DNA of 63,056 nucleotides, filler included, from Lenisia limosa (taxonomy: Eukaryota; Protista; Breviatea): NCBI GenBank assembly GCA_001655205.1. It is 8 parts of 8 records of this genome, joined end to end, with 100 filler letters (N's around TTAATTAATTAA, not from the genome) between each part and the next. Parts side by side here need not be neighbours in the genome. Positions count along the whole stretch, not along the records: positions 14,346 to 21,259 come from LPNZ01006539.1; positions 21,360 to 40,791 come from LPNZ01001112.1; 6 more parts are not named here. One strand, given 5' to 3'. Within the stretch, counting starts at the first letter, position 1; every line of letters begins with the position of its first letter. The notes below the pieces were generated by a model. It saw nothing but the letters and a program-made list of their open reading frames with translations. It had not been told where the DNA came from and did not search any database. Shown here in pieces: positions 19,700-33,600 of this stretch. The position numbers and the translations under genes were made by a program.

Positions 19700-20820
19700 A
19701 AGATGGATTACATCGATAAATTAAGGAAATTGCCACTCCACAAGAGGGCCCTCGTACTCTCGAACCTTTCTTCTCAGAAATTAAGTTAATATATTTGAAC
19801 ATTTACGGGGGTTAGAGCGGCTAATAGCATTTTTACTCAACGAGGCACATTTCGCTTTAAAGAAAACTGCTTGTTTTGTTCAACAAATGCTGTTTAGCGT
19901 TTTAGATTGTCATAGTGAACCCATGGACATCATCCTCAATGAATAGAAAGGCCCGGGAGATGGTCATGCCACATGACTTTGAAGGGTTTATTACCTTGGG
20001 GACTGCCTCCCCGACATTCTTGACCCTTCCAACCCCTTGCCAGAGGGATGCGGGCAGTCGCATCACTTTTCATATAATACTGACAAAGCAGGGAATGACT
20101 CTTTGGTTGCGCATATCTCTTCTCTCTCCCACGCTATCAAGAACTGCCACCCCTCTCTCATCACGAATATNNNNNNNNNNNTATCCGTTGGGAGCATAAA
20201 TCGACGATGTACCATAGCAGGAGAGAATCTCAGACTCTTCGCGAATAGTCTTCTGGTTGAGAAGTAGAACCGGTTTGATGGGTTTAAGGCTTGAACCATA
20301 GTGTTAGCCAAACCTTGCGAAGACGCTTCAGGGGTTCCGCTCTAAGGAAAAGGTGATCCTTTTGTTTTCATAAGAAAGATGTAGTTCCTGATTTTTGTTG
20401 TTTTGTCGTATGTCACCTAAACAATTTAGATAAACGATGATGTTTAATACTTTGTCTCATACATTTACAAACTTTTTCTCAATATTTTTTAAATAATTTG
20501 TTGGTGCAAACAAGCCAGTAATATTTCTATAGGTATGACCAGTACAGGGACATGCTGCGCAGAGCACTGTAGGGGAGAATGATGTCCATGCCAACAGACG
20601 TTCAAGGTAACCAGCAAACATGTTCTGAATTAGCTTTAAAAAACGGATCTGCCTGATTACACCCCCCTCCCCTAAACATGACAAAGACACGTAGATAATT
20701 ATACTCATCATGTCTAACTGCTGATGTAGTATCATCCCAGTTCAAATCCTTCTCGAATGGGGCGACTCTCACAGAGTATGAGCCCCCTGTTGACCTTCAT
20801 CACCAGCTCTGCCAGTAAGA
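19700..20820 (+). other. Poorly resolved coding-like or pseudogene segment
   Basis: Exon-like pieces (RVYYLGDCLPDILDPSNPLPEGCGQSHHF...; YDQYRDMLRRAL*; FKSFSNGATLTEYEPPVDLHHQLC). Frames are interrupted by stops and the strand is ambiguous. Confidence 0.25.
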
Positions 20821-21671
20821 AGAGTACTTACACCACCAACGTTTATCATTATAGATTCGAACCTTTAAAGTCGCTGTTCAGCATCGCTGTACAGTGGAGG
20901 GTCAACTGCGTGCTGTGTAGTGTTGAGTCAATAGTCACCACCATTGCTTACTCAATCTCGTTGGACAAATTTGGAGTAAGTGAGAATAAGTTCTATTTCT
21001 GGTTGTTTTCGATTCGTCAGGAATATTTCCTATATTTTACATCGTATCATGCACCTTCAAATATTGTAGATGACATAATACATACTAAATATAGTCAAAG
21101 CTCCGGAAATCATTAAAAATCTCCGGACATTTCAAAACTCCCAGACAGCTTGAATTTTCCCTATATAAGTACTATAAACTTCATTTCCCTGTTATTGTAT
21201 GAGTATGAGTATTGTCATTTAAATGTATTTTTTCTATACTACACACAGTGTTAAGAACANNNNNNNNNNNNNNNNNNNNNNNNNNNNNNNNNNNNNNNNN
21301 NNNTTAATTAATTAANNNNNNNNNNNNNNNNNNNNNNNNNNNNNNNNNNNNNNNNNNNNGGGGGGGGGGGGGATTGGAGAACATACATATGGTATAATAT
21401 ATATAGTACATATTACACATATACATGTACATACTATCTTGTATCATGGTTGTCCATGGCTCTCAATCTTATTATGAATGATCCTGTTGAATGTAATGAA
21501 GAAATATTAACAAGTTGAAAATATACTGTTTGTTCAACTGAATGTGGCTGTTTGTGTGGAGGAAAGATGAACTCTGCAATTATATGTATCATTAGATCTT
21601 GTGAGGTTTTACGATGACCCTTCAGTTTTCTGGTCGAGAGGCGATGATCCATTTTGAGAATGACAATTCAG

Positions 21672-24600
21672 ACTTTACACGAAGCGAAGAATGAAAACTC
21701 TTGGAACCAAGTTTGGTTGACTTACAACGCTATTAAAGTGAGTAATATTGAACATATTGTAATGAAAACTCCATTTCAGACATTCATTTAATTTTGTTTT
21801 ATTGAAAAAGAATTCATTATAACTCCATCACTTTTGCATCGCTAAATCAGCTACTTCAATTATTGGATTTTACTCTTTCACTATTAATAATTGTTTCCAT
21901 TACAAAGTCGACAATTGTCTTTATCATCGTATTGAACAATATGACCATTTAGCAAAATGTCAAGGGTGAAAGTTCCATGGATAACAGTGCAAAGGTTTGA
22001 AGGATGAAAATTTCAAAATATGTACGAGATAATGTACATATTCCCCATTGTTCTCTTCAATTTGTGTGATATTGTCTCTTAGAGACCAGTTACTACAAAC
22101 TCATTNNNNNNNNNNNNNNNNNNNNNNNNNNNNNNNNNNNNNNNNNNNNNNNNNNNNNNNNNNNNNCGCAGATATTGCAGCAGCGAGGTTTAGCCGAAGT
22201 TTCTTCAACTTGTTTATTTTCTTTCTTGCACTGCAACATGCCTATCTGCTGATCACTGCACTTCTTCACTTCAAAGTTTGTTGATAATAATGAGGGCCTC
22301 ATAATGATGACGTGAAGAGGGACATTCAATATTGATACGAACTAAACAACAAATTTATGACAAATTCCCATTTTCAAACCGGCTTTGAATTTTCAACCCG
22401 CAGTGTGAACCTCAACTGGACGGCTCGCATTCATTGATAGATGACCCTACCGTCCAGTGCTACACCGAGGAGTGGCACGATGCCGCTCGTGTGGCTCTTA
22501 TCGCTATTGCTGTGTATGGAATTGGTTTGTGGGTGATTTTATTTTAATCTTTTTTTGGGAATTTATGTGGGGACATTTAAATGTCTCCTATTATACCGTA
22601 ATCTTTTTGAATAAATAGCTTTCATGCTGAAGTTAATTGTCTTAATTTTCGAATCTGAAAGGTCTCTCTTGAATTAATTATCATTGTGAGAAAAGTTTCA
22701 ACTGTTCAGGAACCACTTATTAACCATGACCCATTTAGGTATTCCAGTCCTAGTTGTGACGCTTTTGATTAAGAGCGGCAAATCACTCTATGAACGCGAT
22801 ACTATTGAACTGTTTGCGTGGTGATTTGATAATTAATATTGTCCAATACCAATATTGATCAGATATGACCCAGGGTTCATCCTAAGTGAAGCATATGATC
22901 ATTGCGATTTGTCGGTCAATAATCACAGGAGTAGTTATGAGATAACGTTTGATGAGCGGATTTGATGAGTGAGTTGTGACAAAAATATATAGGCGTTGGG
23001 AAGGGTATGAAGCGTGAAATGTTATACAACTATCAGTGGCAATTTACTACATATAATTAACTGCATGTAGGACAGGCGGGTTGTACAACAGATATTTGCC
23101 GCAGCTCTATATGTGGGAAGTTATCATCATGGTGAGCAGGAGAGGATTTCAAATCGCATATTGTTCATTTCACTAATAAGTCAAATTATGACCCTTTAGC
23201 TCAGAAAACTCTGTGTCGTCCTTTTCTTCACCTTTTTCACGTCGCACGTTATGTACCAGCTTGTTGGAGGTCTAATAACCCTCTTTGTGGCACTGGAGGT
23301 GAGCGTGGATTGTCGTCAATTGTGGCATCATTATTCATCAAATGCTCTTTCAAACTGCCATACGTTTCCACAAAATTACCCAATGTATCAATTCAGAATA
23401 TTACATATAGAAATTTTGTCAACAAGAAACGATGGCATGCTTGTTCACTATCGCGCATTGATTTGAGAATCCCATAAATTTCTTCGAGTTTCTATCAAAT
23501 TCCATGGGATTCCCATGTAAAATATGGGAATTCCAACGTTTTACAAGATTCCCAAGTCGATGCTCCGTAGTGTTCTCGACATCAGTGCCATTACCCCCCG
23601 TCTAGCTCCAAGTGGTGTTCAAGCCTCATCAGTCGTACCACCTCATGTGGCTGGAGTACGTCGCACTATGCGCGTCCGTGGCCCTCCTCTTAGCTGGTCT
23701 GCTTCAAAATAATGATATATAATTAGGGCTTCATTTCGGTTCCAAAAAAGACTCAATTTCTCGATAAATCCTCGAAAACTATCGATATTTTCCCGAAACG
23801 AAGTGGAGATGGAATTTTAGAAACTGTAACTCTTCAGGTACTTTGTTCCTCGCGGGGATGCCAACTGAAGTGACTTATGAGTTAGTTAATTGGTTCTTTG
23901 ATAATAAGTTAATATCTTTTGTTATTATTTCCCCACAACGTGCTATTTATGCAATTTTTGGTTTTCGAAATGAGAATACGGAAGAACCTGGCTGAAGCAT
24001 TTCAGACTATCAGGGAAACTGGGTTACTTAATAGTATTGTTTCACCATGAGTTGCCTTAAAACTCTCTACACACAGCTTTATACTTGCCGTACCAGGGAT
24101 GTTGATAGTTTTGTCAATTTCTCATTCAATTCTACACAGTATTCTGTCAGCCACGGCCGTTCTGATCCTCATCGCCGCCTGTGTCATATTTGGAATTGTT
24201 TTTGCCAACCAGTCTATTTCCTTTGCAAAGGAAAAGGTATGAGAGGCCAAAAACTGACTACATACAATAGAGTCAATTCCACCATTATTCGAAAACTTTG
24301 AAAGTGACTGTTAGCCGAAAGAGAGTTCTTTTTACAATTTTTCACAAATATCCTCATTACTTGCAAATGATTAGGCTCCGATAAGACTGAAACCATTCAA
24401 TATTATTACTGGTATATTTTTTTTATACAAAGATTTACTTGATTCACTTAAGAAACACAGCTTTTTGCTCAAAACATGATTCATCATGCTGCCCAAATAT
24501 GTTCAGCTCATAAAAGTTCCAATTACCCCAAATCAGTCATTTGAGACAATATGGACATCTTACCCATTATACTCAGATAACAACCAACTCTGCGTGGACT

Positions 24601-27600
24601 CTTGGTAAGGCTTTTGGAGTTGTGACAAGTGGCAAAATTTCCGAGCTGTCAGAACAGGTTAGTATTTTGTATTTTGGGATATTTGATCACCACCACTGCG
24701 CTTACTTTTAGTACATTAGAAGCACTCCAGCTTATGCTCTCCCCATAACTATTTATTTTTTATTCATGGCATATGTATTACATGTATTACTTATTACATA
24801 TAATATATATATATCCAAAATATATCCAAGATAACATTAATTGACTCTTTCATTCATTTCCACGATAGGACATCAATCGAATGAAAAAGCTGACAGTTTC
24901 CGGTACCACTCAGACGAAAAGTCTTAACAGTGCCATTTTGGACATGGCGGAGGAGGCGGATACGCTGAAAGGTTTGTAACTTTTGGAATACCATAGACAG
25001 TGATGTTCTTTTTGAATACCATATACAGTGATGTTCTTTTGGAATCCCATATACAGTGATGTTCTTTTGGAATATCAGTGATGTTCTTCTGGAATACCAT
25101 ATATTACAGGATGTTCTTTTGGAATACTTGGTATCAACACCATATACAGTGATGTTCCACATTGTCTTTTGATCATTTGTATTTTATCAATTTTAGGAGC
25201 CATGGAAGGGATCATAGTATTTATTGGTCTCAAAGACAGTTCTGTTCTGTGGTCGAAATACCCTGAAGAGAGTAAAGAAATCAGCCAAGTCCTCACCAGT
25301 ATTATTGAGGAGCTTATACATTCATACCAGTGGGTTTGGGTAATCTTCTTCTGACATAGTATGTCAGTTACTATTGAATATATTATACATACACTTTCAG
25401 ATTTAACTGAGATCACAATTGCGTTAATTGTTACAGTAAATGTAGAAATCAAGCAATGATCTTATTCAAATTGATAGCATTTGGGTCTCTTCTCTTATCA
25501 GGATAAGAACATTAAAATATTGATATCTATCATGTTTTTATCAGATCGGAGAGCGGAGGGATGGAATAATAGAGCCTAACTCTACGCTGACATTTCAGTG
25601 GTTACGACCTTGGTGAGGATCAGGTTGCTGGATTTGGCCGACTTTGCTTCTTCGAAAATGCCTTCGATGCTGTTGACTTTGCTTTCACGCTGCACATTGC
25701 TATCGTTAAGGTATGCTTCAAAGGATTTACCGCATTGTCGAGCGTCACTACGTCTGATAAGTAATTCACTTCGGTTCGAAACAAGACTGAATTTCTCAAT
25801 AAATCGTCAAAAACTATCTTTTTCGAACCAGAGTGAAGCCCTACTTATGAACATGGTTTGGGTCAACATCTTATGTCTGATTTGGGTTCGGTGATGATAG
25901 TGGTAACTCTTTCACTACCCCTCATTTATAAACCAAACCAGTCCCAAAACGACCGCAAATATCTAAGATTTTTAAAATGAGACTTTTGTGAGATATGGGG
26001 AAGCCTTACCTACAATGCTCTTGGACATAAAAGTATAAGGATCTTTTTCTCACTGCTTAGAACGATTGGTCCGTGGCTGTACTGAGTTTGCCCCATTTCC
26101 ACTCGGTGGCAACGAGGCTCGACGAGTTAACCAATATTTGGTCAGGTCCACGCTTGTCTATTGTACTGGTACACACATTTGCCTATGGACTTAAACGAGC
26201 AATTGAGGAGTGGGTTGGTGAATTTTGGTGGAACGTGCACTTGAACTGTTTAACCTCAAGACTATTATTTTGTTAGTGAATATCTTCTTATTTTCATCCA
26301 GTGTAAGATGGTCTACATATCGCCTCGGTGTGATGTTTTTTTCTGGTGTCTACCCAGTATACAATGCTATACTATGTAGTACATCATATATACTGACTGG
26401 GATAAGTCTTGACATATTTTCCTTGGGAAATCACAGAGCAAATCAATCAAGACTTATCCCGGTCACTGTAAACCCATTTACTTCATGGAAAGTTGTAACG
26501 GACAGTTGTAAATGGATTTCTGCTTGCAATAACCATTGTAGAGCAAAAAAGAAGCTGAAAGATGATTATGAGAAACATAGCTTCACTTCATTAAACGATT
26601 GGAGGTCTACGTTCTTCAGATCAAACCCTAAAACTGTAATGACAGGGATGTTATGATATTCTTTTAACTGATAATGCACCTTTACAGGTTCTTTATGCCT
26701 CGTTTTGACCGACAATCGATCACAAGATCATTGAAAATGAGAATATAATATAGCTATGTATATCAATATATAACCGGTGGAATAACCTATTTAGTATATC
26801 ACTAAAATTTGGACAAATATCATACTTACTTGGTAGTTCATCATCGCTATAGGTTCCTTACGGCGTGATTCATCCTGACAAGTCGCAGTTCTATTCTAGT
26901 GATGTGGGCATGGGTGAAAAGGTTACTTTATCAGAATTTGTTGGCATCCATATCAGAGTCTTGAAATCAATGTAGACTTTGCTTTTAATCAATTTTTAAT
27001 GGACTGTTAATTTTCACTCCAAAATTTCTGATTAAATGATAATAGGAGTGTACCAAGTGTATACTTTTGACATGATCCCATTTCAATACAGTGAATATTT
27101 ACTATTTATCAATATATCCGTTTTTTGGGAACAATATGAAAAACTTGGTGAAAGCGTTTTGTCAAAATCTCAAATTTATTAATGACCATTAGGCTGCAAA
27201 AGCTGCCAGTGTGGCAGCCAAGGTTAAACGGGGTGATATCGTGATCACAGCAGGAGCTTGTGCGTTTCTTGAAGTCAAACAGGTCAGTGTAGACGTCGGA
27301 AGTGGAGTTCAAAATGACCAAAGTGAAGATAATTAAGTGCTAGATGATGATATTTTCATAATTGACTTTCTCCCGATAAACAAGGCTTAAGGCCCGAGCT
27401 AATCAGTACAGTATCAACGCATAAGTTAAAAAATGAATATTTTCTGTCTTTGACCAGAATTATAAACCAAAAACGCCATTGCTTATTTCTCTGTAGTCCG
27501 ACATCATGAAGCCGGGGTGGAAGCTGGTACACAGTACTCCCTACCTTCCTGAACCTCATATTTTAGTTACTCCACCAGGTTTGTATCGTTTTCATACAGG

Positions 27601-30600
27601 AACAGTTTTTTATTTCTCCCCTAATGAGCTGTATTTAGGGCTTCACTTCGGTTCGAAAACAGACTGAATGTCTTGATAAATCCTGAGTTTTTTTTTTGAA
27701 CCGAAGTGAAACTCAAGCAGTAAGGCATATGATTGGGTGAATTAATAGATCCTATGTACTTCATATGATATATTATAAACGCAATAGTGAAGATTGAAAC
27801 ATCCAATTTTTATGTTACTCTTTGTTTACATATTCCAACATGTATAACATGTGATGGAGTCACATCTGTTTACCTTCATACTCTAGGGTATGAAGAGAGA
27901 ATGGAGCGGCCAAAAATGGACGACTTGTTTCCTCCTGAAAGTACTAGTAGGGTAGATGTGTCAATTCGAACAATTCTCAAAATATCGAGACTAGAGTCAA
28001 AAGATGTTTATAAAGGCTGAATCCCTTATTCCTGATCATAAGTCAACCGACAATTTTCATGGACTGTAGCGCACGAAATGTCCACGAGAGAAAACTATGA
28101 TGATAAGATGAGCGGTCTCACGGAGTTCTTCAGTGACACTCCTGGTGTCTCCGCTTCACCTTCGCCCCAGGTACGAAGGTTTCTACTTCAACATCTAAGA
28201 ATTATGATGTAACTTTCATTTAATGAAATGGTATACAACTACTCAATTTAGAACAGCTGCCACTTGGATATTTGTATTATATCATATGCTATTCATTACA
28301 TGTTTGGAAATCATGGAAATGGTTCTATTAATACTTTTGGATTATTCTTTGAAAATTAAGACTCTTTTGGAATTGTACCTTGAAATAATTGTTTTAGATC
28401 CATGGATTCTTCATGTCGCGAACTGGACAGAGTAGTCTACAGCTCAACGCTACTTCCCAGCCTTCAGTGAAGACCAAAACTCCTGATAGCAATCTACAGA
28501 CATTTTTGACGGATGCAGCTCTAGAGGCTCGTGATATTGGTAAAGAATGTAAGTAAGGGTACGTGTGAATGGACAAAATTTGAAAATATACTGTAAAGGG
28601 ATTTCTTGTAATGTCTTGCTTGGAATTTCATAATTAGTTGTGTTTTACCGCATGAAAAGAGGCCAGACCTTTTGCAAGCAATGCAACAGTTCAACTCTCA
28701 TTTATTTAGTGCAAAAAGAGCAGATACGTGAAAGTCGCATTGCCTCCATACTCAACATTGTAGCAGCATGTCTCTGGCTAGTTCATAAAGTGGGAAACGG
28801 GGAGGTTAACATGAACAAAATACTCAGCATACATGAATACTTATTATATCCTATTTGAATCATGAGGGAATACAGAAACCATATTTCAACCTGCACTTTC
28901 AAGTATACGTTTTCATCACAATAACAAGAAATCACCACAACTTACCTGACACAGACCGCAGAATTCACTGCCAATCCTCTTGGTGACTATTTCCACATCA
29001 TCACTTGGATCTTTGTCTTGGGATTGGCATTCTTGTCGTGGTCCGTTCTCCTTTTTTCTCCAAACATGTCCAAAGCGGGAATATTGTCTTATTGGCTCCT
29101 TGTTTCCTGTCTTTTGAGGTAGGGCTAGTTTATGGATATTTTTTTCAAATGCAAATACACTCCTATCACTCCTTGTAGAGGACTATTTTTGGAACTGTTT
29201 CCAACTATCGGTTTTCAACTACCCATTGCTGTGACAAACATTAACAGGTTTAGAATTTCAGTGGCGATTCTGATTACGGCGCTGGACTCCATGCATGCCA
29301 TCGACAAAATAACGAGCCTGGTATGAGGGTGGACCAAATGTTGTTTTAAATGATACCATTGACCCAATGTCATCAAATATGACCCAAATTTGACAGAATA
29401 GGGCGAAACGTGCTTGCACATTATTTTGACGCTTACGGTATCATCGTTGGACTCAGCAATAGCCCTTCCCCTGGCCTGCTTCCATGGCATCGTGTTTTGG
29501 ATATTCACTAATCAGGTGGGCTGCCGCCACTATACCTAACAGATAAGGCTTCCCAGTTCTCTAAAGACTAGTGAATTATGATATATGATACTAATTTTAA
29601 GACCACAATTACGCACGACTCTATTGTTCCAATTTCATTGTAACAATCCCTGCAAGAAATAACACATTTTCAGTCAAATCTCTCCGAAAACGACCGAAGT
29701 TTCTGTATGTTCTTCCTCACCATCTCGGTGCTTCTCGGGTATGTTGAGAAAAGAGCATGCCCAGTGCACTGATATATGTACCTAAATATATTCTCATAGG
29801 ATGTCAATATGATGTACAAACATTGGGGTCGACATGTGTTTTGTAAGATTCAGTCTATTCTTTGCCATCCTTGTCATTAACAATCGTTTTAGCCATGTAT
29901 ACACGAAGTATCTAGGCTCTCAAGTCATTCACGCAGTAAAAGTGAGTTGTGTGGTAGACAGGTTCTGGATATATTACACTATGTTTAAAATGCCAGCATA
30001 GCGTTATCAAGTATTGTGGATATCGTAGATATACCGTCGATAGTTTAACACCAGTATTTCTTAGAGAAGATATTTTTAGACCACAACAAACATTTTTGTT
30101 GTTATTTTGCCACTGATTGCTGAATAACTTCAAAAGGTTCAACGAGCAGCAAAGCAAGCAACAAGATCACTGATGGCGTCCCTGCACAACATGATCCCTC
30201 AAGTCATTGCTGATAAGCTTCAAGTCAAGGGTATGCATCACTAACACATTTTTTGGCTGAACTCCTAATCTATATTTCATCTGCCCTTTCCCACCTTGGA
30301 GCCATAGCATCTGTAAGTTATCAGCAGCAGGAAAACTATCCATATTGTATTAATTCTAATTTCCACAGATAGATAATTTAAAAAGAGTGTGTGAGATGCC
30401 ACCAATCTTAATATTCAGATTTATTAGGATATTTTTTTGTTATATTTTCATTCTTACCTGTGCCCCAACAAATTAGTGCTCTGGAAACGCAGTTGACTTT
30501 TTATATTATTTGATCGGCTTCACGTTGGTAATATAAGAGTAAATTACCTGACAATACTCGATTGTCACTTTTGGTCCCTTGAAACCCCTCACTATTTCAG

Positions 30601-33600
30601 AGTTGGACGTAGCTCGTTTGCCTAAAAGAGGTTTATCAAAGGTTTGTGTGTAGTGAGGGTATTTTTATTAAGATATCTGAGGATGTAAAGTAAAGCCTTC
30701 CAATCATACTATATTTGTACTACATGTATGACACTTCACATCATATTTTATCAGCTTTGTTTTACATACTGTTGGGATAATGATGCAATATTCATAATCA
30801 CATTGTTGGAAATTATGGACATCTGTATATTCTATTGAATTTGCGCTCGCATGGCCATCATTCTTTATGATTGTCAAGTCAAGGGCAACTAACTCCTTGA
30901 ATTGAAGGGACGCCATACAACTGTCCTAAATAATAAACGCTTGGCCCCCAAATCAAATAAGCATTTACATTCTTGATTTATCAAAGGTTATTATGTGAAA
31001 TACGCTTTAATACCTCTGATAATATTCACTGATTAAGGAGTCGAAGGTTGTCAGTGGAGAGTTCTCTTTGAACAAGTCTGGTAATTCACCAAGTCTGATG
31101 GCTTTCGAGAGGCTGACTAACATCTCATCCAACTCCATCCCGAAAGCAGAGGAATGTGGGAGGTGGTCAGCATATTATTATCAAATAGTAAATATTTTTT
31201 GGAACATTGGTTTTGAATCTTTGAATTCTGAAATGTAAATATTGCAAAATGTCGTATTCTGCTATGGGCAGAATTGAGTCTTAACATGAGTATTATTTCA
31301 TGAAACTCCTCAGTTAAATTTCTCGAGACTCTTTGTTCAATTTATATTAACTAAATGGCTGTTTCATAACAAACGATTCCACTAAAGAATATATTGTCAT
31401 AAATCATGCACAAATTCCTATCGTAAATGAGGTTCCATCCCCCATCACCCTAATTTCTTCCTCCTCCTGGGAAAATGGATATGAAAGGGGAGTAAAATGC
31501 ATATTTCCAAGTAACCAGGTAGGTGTCTTTCCTTCCTTCGTTGAAAGTGCCGAGTCCTATTCGTCTGTAACCGTCTGCTTCCTTTCTTTGAGTAACTTCA
31601 GTGAACTTTCAATGGAAATGCCCCCTCGATTTGCCATGGACGTTGGCGGGGTAGATAACTTGGTCTCATTTTCCGGTTTATCATGGCGTTGTTATTATCA
31701 TTATATTTCAGTCACATGTAAAAAATCAATTACATACTAAAGTCAGCCTCATATCATGCCATTCTGTTTATCACAATTGTTTTCACTTATTCGCAAACAA
31801 TCCATTATTATCTATATTCTCTATTCCACATCGCACCTCACTAACATGTTCAGCTTGTGTCCGCTGTGTTCAACAGTCTTGACACAATCACTGAACGGTT
31901 CGGAGTATTCAAAGTCGAAATGATCAGCAGCGTCTATTTGGCCTGCTCAGTAGGCTTTGGCGTCATTATTCGTTCTCCTTTTTGGAGAATTCCCATACTG
32001 TGTGTTGTAGTGAGTCCGATTATGTAGCTAATTGATTTGTCTTGTCTTTATAAGCTATATTCACTTTTGTCACCTTCGTCACACTAAGAACGACCTGAAA
32101 CACCGTTTACCTATTTCATTTTATATTATATGCATATAATTTTCCACCTACTACCCGCTCTCAAAACGGCTTCGACCGTTCTCTTACCACTCAGAAATGG
32201 CTAAAGCTTTGTTTGGTTGTTGTTTTCAAATATCTCAAATGTTAACCCAGAAGAGTTTATTTTGGATGTTTTTTTGTTTCATAAAACTTGGATTTTACCA
32301 CTTAGAACTGTCCGAACGCTGATGCTGAGCACGCAGGACGCGTCATTGCCTGGGCAGTGGCCGCATTGGACTCCGTCCGTAACGGTTCTTTCCCTCGAGT
32401 CAACGAGAAAGCCATTGAGATCAAGGCTGGCGTGCACACGTAAGGTTACATACAGTGACCGGATAAGTCTTGACCGATTTCCCTTGAGAAAAAATGCAGC
32501 ATTTTGGTCAAGACTTATCCTGGTCACTGTATCTTGTGACTAGTTTCTTGGATTTGAGTGTAAACGTGTCTTGGATTTGAGGGCCTAGTTAAGGTTATAA
32601 TGAAGCTAGTTTTTTATCCATATTGATATGGGATATTTTCTTAGCCAACATATCAGTGACAATTCAGCGGCTCCCTTATTGGAGGCATAATCGGACGCAC
32701 TACCTTCCACTTCACACTTGGTAGGTCACTGTTATTCTTTGTGTTATTGCACAGAAATATTCTAACTTCCCTCTATGTGATACTGTGGTAAGGTGACACA
32801 ATGTTAACCCTTGACCTATTTAATAAGACAATCCTTTCTTTCTCTTGTATTGAATCTTAGCGAATTGTCCTGTACTTAGAATGACCTCATTTTACTCAAA
32901 TTTCAAAAGATAATGTAAACTTAAGAATAACCCGTTCCAGTTAGGTCTACTGAATTTCTCATTATTGTAAAGTCAATCTGGACTGTAGAGATGCCTTACT
33001 ACACTGTACTAACCCCCCAGTTGGAGATACGGTCAATACAACATCACGCATTCTCTCAGCTTGTGCCCCAAATTCAGTTCTTGTCTCTGAAGCCACAGCC
33101 TTGGCATTGACTGAGAATGCGAACTGCACTGTACCAACTGCCGAATCTATGTATGGAAGGATATTGTTGCGTAGTATAAAATAAGGCCTAATGTTACATA
33201 CATGTATATATCTATGGATACAACTTGATTTTCGGGATTCAATTTACATTTTATTCATCAGTTATTGAATCGCTCTTTGTTTAGTTAGTATTTGTGGCTT
33301 GCACTATCCATTGCATTTTTGCGTGTATAGGATTTTTCTCTTCTGAACAACAATTCGAAGTAACAAACCAGGTACCAACCCGTCACATCATGCCTTCCCG
33401 GCACCCTCATATTTCGAGGCGACATTGCCACAACCGAGTCATCATTCTCGCACATGGACGGCCTGAATGACGACACTAGCCTCCATTCTTCTGGACTGTT
33501 TGGCCTTTGTGCCAAATATTACGTAGCCCGCTATGCCCCTGCTACCACCACCCAATCCGGAACATGGACCCGACCATTGGACGAAATCAAATTGGTGGGA

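Noticed and set aside
24985-25158. 28-bp repeats resembling a CRISPR array
   Set aside because: Contiguous minisatellite without spacers.
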